Source: Kiritimatiellia bacterium (lineage in GTDB: Bacteria > Verrucomicrobiota > Kiritimatiellia > RFP12 > UBA1067). From it: a DNA stretch of 64,000 nucleotides. Location: contig JBMNFY010000017.1 of NCBI GenBank assembly GCA_050949565.1, positions 1,440,001-1,504,000 on the forward strand, given 5' to 3'. Within the stretch, counting starts at the first letter, position 1, and every line of letters starts with the position of its first letter. Below, in pieces: positions 52,701 through 60,706 of the stretch. The notes under the pieces were generated by a model. The model did no database searches. It saw nothing but the letters and a program-made list of their open reading frames with translations, and was not told where the DNA came from. A program made the translations under genes and the position numbers.

Positions 52701-53898
52701 CACACTGCGGCTCGCGCCCGGCGCGGAGGCGATCGCGGCCCTCGCGCCGACCGTCTGGTATGACCCGTCCGATCCCGCCACCGTCACCACCGACGCCGCC
52801 GGACGTGTCACCGCCCTCGCCAACAAAGGCACGCGCGGAACATCCATGGATGCCGGTATCCAGCCCAACTACCAAGGTCCGCTGCTGGTGACCGACGCCG
52901 ACTCCTACTCCGCAGCCGGACGACCGATGCTCAAGATCGACAGCAACACCACCGGCCTCCGTTCCGCCTCCAACACCGGCATCAGCGGCGCGATGCCGCG
53001 CATCTTGATCGCCGTGCTCTCGCGCGATGTCGGAACCGGATCGGACGACCAGCAGGCGGTCGTCGCCTTCGGCAATCAGAGCGCACCCCGCGCGATGTAC
53101 GAGTTGACCGATCGGGCGTTCGGCAACTGTTTCGGTAACAACAGCGACGATCTTTCCATCTCGCCGGTGCTCCCTCCGGCCGCCGCCAACGTCTACATGA
53201 TGGAAGCCACGGCGGCCGACATCATCACCGGCTGGCGCTCGGGAGGCGTTCCCTCCAAGGTCAGCAAAGTGCTGGGCGGCGACTGGGTTACGGTCGACAC
53301 GCCGATCTGCCTCGGCTACCGGCCTCACACTCACCGCACCACGTTCCGCGGCCAGATCGGCGAGGTGCTGCTCTTCGACCGGCTGCTCAGCGAACGGGAG
53401 CGTGCCGACGTCGAGGACTACCTCGTCAACAAATGGACGCGGGCGGATGGCGCGGACGGCCTCTTTGACGGTGCGGTGTTCGATGTCGCCGCCGGTGCCA
53501 CGCTTGACTTGGGTGGTGCGCGTTCCGGTGTCACCGTCACTGGCAGTGGCACGCTGGCGAACGGCACGCTCGGCGCGGGCTTCATCATCAGTCCCGCCGG
53601 TGATGACGCGATCGGCGAGCTTGCGCTGAACGGCGTCACCTTCGGTGCGGGTGCAGAATACCGCCTGACCGTCCTCGACACGGCCAGTGATCGCCTGTTG
53701 GTTGACGGCGACCTCAGCGCCCTGACGGTCGTGCCCGCCACCGCTGCGGAACTCACCGGCACCAGTTACGTCATTGCGACCGGTGCCATCACCGGCAAGC
53801 CCGCGCTCAGCGGCTTCCCGGAGAAGTTCAAGGTGATCCAGCAGGGTAATGACCTGCTGCTCACCAGTATTGGGGGCACGGTTCTGATGCTGCGCTGA
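46725..53898 (+). CDS. Giant secreted protein with autotransporter-associated passenger repeats and three LamG-like modules, no beta-barrel
   Basis: L.K.G.G.L.L...N.Y.G.T repeats; three WYD..D...VT...GRV...ANKG.RG ... G.[VI].E.L.FD..LS..R...KW modules; AAAGGAG RBS before ATG 46725 implies an indel near 46772. Confidence 0.82.
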
Positions 53899-53906
53899 CC
53901 ATTGAG

Positions 53907-54464
53907 TTATTCACCCAGCGGAATCACCGCCTTGACGCGGTAGAACTGCGCGGCGGGCGGCGGACCGGCGGGGGGTGCGGTGTCGACCTCGCGCGTCATG
54001 GTGGCGCCCGCGTCGGGAACCATCACGCCCAAGCCCGTCGGCGACCGGTCATTGGTCGACAGCGTCGGCGACCGCCACAGTTCGTAGAAGCGGGTCTGCT
54101 CAACGGTCCACGTCAGGCGGTTGGTCGTGCTGGACCGCGAGAACGCGGTGAAGGCCAGTCGCGACTGGCCGTCCAGCGGGTCGGTGTCGGCGCCGTATTC
54201 GTCAATGTCGCACACGCCGTCGCCGTCCGCGTCGTGCGCCCCGCCCTCCAGGGCGGTGAGGCCGCCGGTCATCCGCATCTCCCACGGGTCGGGGATGCCG
54301 TCACCATCGCTGTCCGGGCCCGCGCTCAGCACCGTCGTGCGGACGCCGCCGAGGCTGATCCAGCCGAGGTTTGCGCCCCACGCGCAGCCGCTCAGGTCGC
54401 CGGTTACGAGATTCACCTGCGGGTCGCCCGTCTCCTCAAAGGCGATCCAGCCCGCGTTCGCGCT
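53907..54464 (-). pseudogene. 5'-truncated secreted protein (W.AN.GWI repeats, DxDGDG motifs, C-terminal FYRV domain)
   Basis: Frame reads SANAGWIAF...AWGANLGWISL...DSDGDGIPD..FYRV; begins abruptly after TGA at 54465-54467 with no start or signal peptide. Confidence 0.6.
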
Positions 54465-54844
54465 TCACCCACACCCGCGTCATCACCCGGCTCTCGACCG
54501 ATGCGGATGCCCTCGACGATCCCTTTGTCGCCGCCGCCCTGCGCTTCGTGCGCAACAACCTCTCCCAGAAACTCGATGCCGCCATGATCGCACGCAAGGT
54601 CGGCTACTCGAAACGGATGCTCCAGATCCGGGCCGAACATGCGCTCGGGCACACCCTTGGCGAGGAAATCCGGCGCATCCGCCTGGCCGCTGCACGTGAA
54701 CTCATCGCCGAGACCGACAATCCCCTTGCCGAAATCGCCGAGGACTGCGGCTTCAGCTCCGTCTCGCACCTCACGCTCCGCTTTCGTGAAGCGTTCAATA
54801 TGACGCCGCTCGCGTTCCGGCATTCACAGCCCTACCACCGTTAG
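54464..54844 (+). pseudogene. C-terminal fragment of an XylR-like AraC family regulator
   Basis: RVITRLSTD..DDPFVAAALRFVR...IAEDCGFSSVSHL...F...MTP.AFR; the ligand-binding N-terminal part and start codon are missing. Confidence 0.72.
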
Positions 54845-55012
54845 TGCCTTATCGACCGATAAGGCCAATAAAAAACAAGTTGTTTGTTTAACGCAGAGGC
54901 GCAGAGACGCAGAGGTTTTTTTGGAGGGAACGCGCTCCCGGACAAACTAATGCACTAAGTAACTAACGCACTAATTAACTTGGGTTGCGGGCTGCGCCCG
55001 CATTAGCAACCC

Positions 55013-55046
55013 GCCGATTGACAAATCGGCGAGGCTGGCGTAACGT
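55013..55046 (+). promoter_or_regulatory. Sigma70 promoter of the R-M operon with a palindrome over the -35 box
   Basis: TTGACA (55018-55023), 17 bp, TAACGT; cgccgatt-gaca-aatcggcg inverted repeat; GGGAGG RBS at 55065. Confidence 0.6.
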
Positions 55047-55077
55047 AGCCTTGTGTTGTGAGTCGGGAGGTTTTGTT

Positions 55078-56565
55078 TTGGTCGTCAACACAGACGCGAT
55101 AAGACTGGCGCTTTCTGCGCAGACAAAGGACGGCAAGAAGGCTCAACTTGGGCAGTTCTTGACGCCCTCGTCTGTTGCGTGCTTCATGGCGTCTCTTTTC
55201 TGCGCAGGCTCATTTTCAAAGTGCCGCCTTCTGGATCCGGGCGCAGGCATCGGTACGCTTTCTGCGGCCTTTCTTGACCGATGCATTGCGGGAAAGCTGC
55301 GCTTCCACCAGATTGATGTCGACACCTTCGAGATCGATAACTCGCTGCAACCTCATTTGTATCGCACGCTGGGGGCTTATCGCTCGCACATCAACTGCAG
55401 TGTGAAGGTGTGGGACGCCGACTTTATCGAAGCCGCAGCCTCGTCGCTTGCGGGAGATCTTTTCGCCCATTCATTGCCGAAGTATACACACGCGATACTG
55501 AACCCGCCCTACAAGAAGATTCGGAGCGATTCTGTCCACCGTTCGGCGCTGCGTCGTGTTGGTATTGAGACGGTAAACCTCTATTCCGCTTTTGTCGCCC
55601 TCTCATTAGAGTTGCTGGAAGAGGATGGGCAGTTGGTTGCGATCATTCCCCGTAGTTTCTGCAACGGCCCTTATTACAGACCGTTTCGTGAGTTGATGCT
55701 TAACCGTGCGGCACTCAAGCACCTGCACCTGTTTCACGCCCGAAATAAAGCCTTTCGCGACGACAATGTCCTGCAGGAGAATATCATCATTCAACTGGAA
55801 CGCGGGCGACAGCAGGGGCCCGTCACGGTGTCTGCATCCACGGACAACAGCTTCAGTGATTTTGCCAGTCAGGAATATCCTTTTGACAACATCGTCTTCC
55901 CTGATGACGCCGAGCGTTTTATTCGCGTGCCAATGGTTTCAAATATGGTGCCAGCCGTTCAAGCCTCAACGCTAGTGTCGAGCCTTGCGGATTTGGGTGT
56001 TTCCGTATCAACCGGGCCGGTCGTCGACTTCAGGGTGCGGCAGCACCTGCGTCAAGTCCCCGAGCCCGGTTCGGTTCCGCTTCTCTATCCCGGACATTTT
56101 TCCGGAGAGGGGTTTGAGTGGCCTAAAGACAATTTCCGCAAGTCAAACGCGATCATGCTGAATGCCGAGACCGAGAAATGGCTTTATCCGAAAGGCTTTT
56201 ATACGGTTGTCCGGCGCTTCTCTTCGAAGGAGGAAAAGCGGCGTATCGTCGCGAGCGTGGTTGATCCTTCGGCATTTCCAGATGCCGAGTGGCTGGGTTT
56301 CGAAAATCATCTCAACGTCTTCCATCGTGAACGGCACGGGTTGCCGGAGGACATCGCCTACGGGTTGACCGCCTTCCTCAACACGCGCGCCCTAGACACC
56401 TATTTCCGCAGTTTTAACGGTCACACGCAAGTTAATGCGACCGATCTCAGGCAATTACGCTATCCGAGTTTTCTATTGTTGTCCCGTCTCGGACGTTGGG
56501 TACGCAAGAACCCGCAAGCGGATCCCGATCAGGTTGATGAGAAAGTGATGGCGATTACCGCATGA
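55078..56565 (+). CDS. Type II N6-adenine DNA methyltransferase, BsuBI/PstI-like (gamma class)
   Basis: GQFLTP, LDPGAGIG, ILNPPY, IIPRSFCNGPY, STGPVVDFR, FNGHTQVNATDL; TTG start after the RBS. Confidence 0.9.
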   Translation: MVVNTDAIRLALSAQTKDGKKAQLGQFLTPSSVACFMASLFCAGSFSKCRLLDPGAGIGTLSAAFLDRCIAGKLRFHQIDVDTFEIDNSLQPHLYRTLGAYRSHINCSVKVWDADFIEAAASSLAGDLFAHSLPKYTHAILNPPYKKIRSDSVHRSALRRVGIETVNLYSAFVALSLELLEEDGQLVAIIPRSFCNGPYYRPFRELMLNRAALKHLHLFHARNKAFRDDNVLQENIIIQLERGRQQGPVTVSASTDNSFSDFASQEYPFDNIVFPDDAERFIRVPMVSNMVPAVQASTLVSSLADLGVSVSTGPVVDFRVRQHLRQVPEPGSVPLLYPGHFSGEGFEWPKDNFRKSNAIMLNAETEKWLYPKGFYTVVRRFSSKEEKRRIVASVVDPSAFPDAEWLGFENHLNVFHRERHGLPEDIAYGLTAFLNTRALDTYFRSFNGHTQVNATDLRQLRYPSFLLLSRLGRWVRKNPQADPDQVDEKVMAITA

Positions 56566-57506
56566 CCAAAAACGTCAAACAGGCACTGCAGGTTCTATCA
56601 GAACTTGGCTTTCCCCGCGCCCAACAAAATGAGCGATCGGCGCTTTGTCTCTTGTCTCTTCTCGGAATGACTCGCAACAAAACGTGGGCACAGGCTTCGA
56701 GCCCACTTATGGGGATAACGCCGATCATGGATTGGGTAATGCTCCACTACAAGAAAAAATACGCGCCCAACACGCGGGAGACCATCCGTCGGCAAACCAT
56801 GCATCAGTTTGTTGATGCAGGGCTCGCCATCTACAATCCTGACGATCCCGCTCGCCCTGTGAACAGTCCGCATGCCGTTTATCAGATCGACCAGACGGCT
56901 CTAAACTTGTTGCGTACCTTTGGCTCGCCCGCATGGAAAGCGAACCCGAAAAGTTATCTGGCAGATCGCCCGTCCTTGGCAGAAAAGAACGCACGACGGC
57001 GTACCCTCAAAAAAATTCCGGTCGAAATTGCTCCCGGCCGGAAGATCAAACTGAGTCCGGGGGCTCACAGCGAGCTTATCAAAGCTGTGATTGAGTCCTT
57101 CGCGCCTCGATTCGCCCCTGGATGCACGCTTGCTTATGCGGGGGACACGGGCGAAAAGTGGGGATACTTCGACGAAGAACTATTGGAGAAACTGGGTGTT
57201 TCTCTTGATGCGCATGGCAAAATGCCGGACGTGGTTCTCTTCGATCAAGCAAGGAATTGGCTGTTACTGGTTGAATCGGTGACCAGTCACGGGCCTGTGG
57301 ACGCAAAACGTCATCGCGAGTTGTCGCGCCTGTTTGCGCAATCGACGGCGGGGTTGGTTTACGTGACCGCCTTCCCCGATCGTGCCGTCATGTCGCGTTA
57401 TCTTGCTGAGATCGCATGGGAGTCGGAGGTGTGGGTGGCAGATGCGCCGACTCACCTGATCCACTTCAACGGCACCCGTTTTCTGGGGCCTTACGATCCG
57501 TGTTAG
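56562..57506 (+). CDS. BsuBI/PstI family type II restriction endonuclease
   Basis: YAPNTRETIRRQTMHQF, LSPGAHS.LIKA, HGKMPDVV, VESVTSHGP, IAWESEVW, HLIHFNG.RFLGPY; ATGA overlap with the methyltransferase. Confidence 0.92.
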   Translation: MTKNVKQALQVLSELGFPRAQQNERSALCLLSLLGMTRNKTWAQASSPLMGITPIMDWVMLHYKKKYAPNTRETIRRQTMHQFVDAGLAIYNPDDPARPVNSPHAVYQIDQTALNLLRTFGSPAWKANPKSYLADRPSLAEKNARRRTLKKIPVEIAPGRKIKLSPGAHSELIKAVIESFAPRFAPGCTLAYAGDTGEKWGYFDEELLEKLGVSLDAHGKMPDVVLFDQARNWLLLVESVTSHGPVDAKRHRELSRLFAQSTAGLVYVTAFPDRAVMSRYLAEIAWESEVWVADAPTHLIHFNGTRFLGPYDPC

Positions 57507-57683
57507 CCTAACGCGGGCGGCGCCCGCAACCCTCGCCCCAGCCCTTTCCCAGCGGGAGGGGGTGAAAACAACTTGTTTTTTATTGACTTTATCGGCTGGT
57601 AAGGCACTAAGGAGAGTGGTACATGTTCAGATCCGTACGGTTCTTTTTCCTGTACGCCGTAAGCTGCCTACCGGTATTGGTGT

Positions 57684-60587
57684 CTACGGATTTTCGGGCA
57701 TAGGGACAGGATCACCCTTGAACTGCTTTTCCAACCAGACCTTTTCGTACCGGCCGTAGAATGTAGCGTTGAGGTCAATCCAGGCGGCGATGACGCGCTT
57801 CTCTTCAGGCGTGACGCGTGAGGCGTGTTTGCCCTGCGAAAGCTTGTGGAGGAGTCCGGAGCCGAGGGCGTTCACCCCCGGTCCTTCGGGTGTGGTCTGT
57901 ACTTGGTTGTATTCCGGCCAGCAGGGAACCATCGGCACAACCGTGCCGTCCGCCTTTTTGTATGTGCGGCGTTTCCAATACGCGAAGAGTTTGTTCGAAA
58001 AAGATTTCGCACCGGTCGACTCATCTGTGAAGCACAGCGTTGCATAGGCACGCGAAAAGGGCGCATCCCATTCGCTTTGGAGATTGAAACGCGGATCGAT
58101 GGAGCGCGTGAGCGCAATGCCGCAAGGCGGATCATCGTCCCCGTGGCAACTGATACACTTTTTGTCGAGAATCGGCTGTACGTTCTCGACGAACCCCCAA
58201 GGACGCCCGCCTTCCGGTGGGACATCAAGCTCCTCGGCCGGGCGGTTCATCGCCTGACTCGTGGTCGCCGCAAACGGCGACACGGCGTGCTTGCTCTCAT
58301 GGCATCCCACACAGGAAACACGTTCACCCGGTTGCAGGTGAGTCAAGGACCGCATGGTGCGCCATGCGCAGCCATCTTGGTCGAGCACCTGAAAAAGAAT
58401 CGGACATCCCGCAGGCACATAGAAGCGAGCCGATCCGTCTTCTTCAATCGTCGCCGTCCCCAAGATCGCACGGGCGTTCTCATGGCCCGCCTGCCCCGTG
58501 AGCGGCGAGTACTGGTCGGGTGCCGTGCGCGGGAAGAGCTGCACGACGCGTATACGTTTCAACGTGCCGCGCGCGGCCTTGGTAAGACCTTGATAAACGT
58601 CGCTCATGAACACTTCGCCCTTCCCCTGCGCGGCGAGTTGGGGATCGCACCGTGACTGCAAGCGGGGAGGAGGCGTACGCGCCACGAGCGGTTCCGGTGC
58701 GTGTGCACCGATATACCCGTCGCGCCACAACACCTCGCGCGTGCCATCGGCGGAAAGGATGTAGAGACCGAGCGAGGCATCGGGGGCTGGACGCGAAGGT
58801 TCGTATTGCAGCGGCGCGCGGCTCCAGCAGATGAGAAACAGATCCTCGCCATACGGATAGGGGGAGTTGTACCAGTCGTTGTGGGCGTCGCGCGCAGTGC
58901 TCTCGGCCGGGTGCTTCATGGCGATTTCGGGATAGTGTCCGGGCGTGACGCGCGTAATCGCCGCTTGGCTGTTCGCGTCCACAGTCGGATCGATGAGGAT
59001 AAGCGGACCACCGGTTACAGCGTGATGGGCACTCGCAATACAAGCGATCTTGTGTGAACCGGGAATGGCTCGCGGCTGGAAGGTGCAATGGGGATCGGTG
59101 GTCTCATTGCCCCACACGGCCTCTGGATTCGTGCCGTCCTGACGCATGCTCCACAAATTCTGATGGCGAACGGCATCCCGGTCAATATAGTCCCATCGCG
59201 CAAAAAGAATCTCGCCATCGGCGCTGAGCGTCGGGAACCATTCCGCAACATCATTCCAGGAAAGCTGCGTGATAGCGCTGCCATCCGGCTTCATGCGGAA
59301 CATGCAGTAGGCCTGCCAGCGATTCGAATAGCCGTACCAGAAACAACGGCTCTGCGACCGGCGTCTGGTGGACATAAAGACAAGATCGCCATCTGGGAGC
59401 CAGCACGGCATGAAGTCCTCATAGCGGTCATTCGTGAGTTGCCGAAGGTCGGTGCCGTCAGCATTGACCGTGTAGAGGTGAAAGTAGTGGCTGTTTTCTC
59501 CCTGCTCATTCACCTTCATCGAATAGGGATTGAGCGGCCCATCTGTTTCCACAAAGGCAAAGACGATTTTCTTCGCATCAAAGGAGAGACGCGGCTCGAG
59601 GAACGAACCACGCGGGAGACGCCCGGCGATCAGGTCCTCGGTGGCCAGTGACTTACCCGGCTTGAGCAACTTGAGCAGAGTGCCTCCCGCACGCTGCCGC
59701 CACCCGAAGTATTGTGCCACACAATGATTCCAACTCACGCTGCGGCGCGTGTTGAAGACGATGCCATGGGCCAGCGTGGACACAAGGCGCGGATCAGCAA
59801 GAAGCCGCTCACGGCGGTCGAGACGCGCGGCGAGATAGTCACGCCAACCATCCTCAGAACAGTTCCATTTGTCATCGTCCGTCACCCATTCGGAGATGAC
59901 AGTCACCCAGAGGTCGGCACTCATGCCGGAAGGCGGCGCGAGACGGGAGGCGAACGAGCGGGCGATTACTTGAAGGCCGGCGAGACCGTTCCCGTCGAAC
60001 CGCCGCACAAACGGGCGCGCGTCTGACGACGCCGAGGTCACGGATACGGATGTTGCCGTGCATTCGAGCGACCAAGCAACGTCATTCTCGAAACCCACCA
60101 CGTAACCGCCGAAACCATCTTCCGGATTGCCGTCCACCACGGCGACGGCTGGTAGCAGCACCTCCGTTGCGGGAATCTGGTCACGGAAGAGACGCCCTGT
60201 CTTCCCCACGGCGAAGAGCCGGGGTTCGCTCACGGCGGGTTTTGCAGGCCCCCGCCCTTTCCAGAGCGAGCGCGTATCGCCCCGAAGCGGCGGGTTCGCG
60301 CGCGGCGCGGCCGACCAGTCGATGCGCACGCCCCGCTGGCTCATGAAAACCTCGGCGAATCGCAGGGCGGCCTTCTGTCCGCTCCATGCACGCGGAATCG
60401 GATCTTTGGTTTCGGCCAACGCGGGATCAACATCTTTCGGCGGCAGGCGACTCCAGTCGCCCGCGACGTCGATCTTCCTCATCCCCTCACGGGGCGTTCC
60501 GCTCTTTCCGGCCTCGGCGGCATATCCAGCGTGCAACGTGGTCAACACCAAGACAAACACTGTCCGCACAAATGGTTTCACGAACAC
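57684..60587 (-). CDS. Secreted HzsA-related protein (PD40 propeller, hydrazine-synthase-alpha-like middle domain, two heme c motifs)
   Basis: D..PCWLPDG.LVF.STR, RWDYIDR, ILGTATIEEDGSARF.VP, MRS...LQPGE..SCVGCHE, CISCH. Confidence 0.78.
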   Translation of the reverse strand: MFVKPFVRTVFVLVLTTLHAGYAAEAGKSGTPREGMRKIDVAGDWSRLPPKDVDPALAETKDPIPRAWSGQKAALRFAEVFMSQRGVRIDWSAAPRANPPLRGDTRSLWKGRGPAKPAVSEPRLFAVGKTGRLFRDQIPATEVLLPAVAVVDGNPEDGFGGYVVGFENDVAWSLECTATSVSVTSASSDARPFVRRFDGNGLAGLQVIARSFASRLAPPSGMSADLWVTVISEWVTDDDKWNCSEDGWRDYLAARLDRRERLLADPRLVSTLAHGIVFNTRRSVSWNHCVAQYFGWRQRAGGTLLKLLKPGKSLATEDLIAGRLPRGSFLEPRLSFDAKKIVFAFVETDGPLNPYSMKVNEQGENSHYFHLYTVNADGTDLRQLTNDRYEDFMPCWLPDGDLVFMSTRRRSQSRCFWYGYSNRWQAYCMFRMKPDGSAITQLSWNDVAEWFPTLSADGEILFARWDYIDRDAVRHQNLWSMRQDGTNPEAVWGNETTDPHCTFQPRAIPGSHKIACIASAHHAVTGGPLILIDPTVDANSQAAITRVTPGHYPEIAMKHPAESTARDAHNDWYNSPYPYGEDLFLICWSRAPLQYEPSRPAPDASLGLYILSADGTREVLWRDGYIGAHAPEPLVARTPPPRLQSRCDPQLAAQGKGEVFMSDVYQGLTKAARGTLKRIRVVQLFPRTAPDQYSPLTGQAGHENARAILGTATIEEDGSARFYVPAGCPILFQVLDQDGCAWRTMRSLTHLQPGERVSCVGCHESKHAVSPFAATTSQAMNRPAEELDVPPEGGRPWGFVENVQPILDKKCISCHGDDDPPCGIALTRSIDPRFNLQSEWDAPFSRAYATLCFTDESTGAKSFSNKLFAYWKRRTYKKADGTVVPMVPCWPEYNQVQTTPEGPGVNALGSGLLHKLSQGKHASRVTPEEKRVIAAWIDLNATFYGRYEKVWLEKQFKGDPVPMPENP

Positions 60588-60706
60588 ATCTCCTTTTACC
60601 CACAGGAGCAGAGTATCAAACGCTTTTTCAGGCTGTCAATCGATAGCGTGAAAATGAGTCGTGTCTTTTCAAAGCGTGTACGGGTGTGGTTAAATAGTCG
60701 CCGTCT

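Larger units (their letters stand above)
54841..57610. mobile_element. Putative non-autonomous element carrying the R-M operon, bounded by 45-bp inverted repeats
   Basis: 54841-54885 and 57566-57610 are reverse complements at 40/45 positions; second IR pair 54982-55006 / 57508-57532 (22/25); no transposase inside. Confidence 0.65.

Noticed and set aside
46725-53898. Classical type V autotransporter
   Set aside because: No C-terminal beta-barrel or terminal aromatic residue; only passenger-type repeats are present.
57684-60587. Anammox hydrazine synthase
   Set aside because: No hzsB/hzsC or other anammox genes nearby; similarity is limited to a widespread domain.
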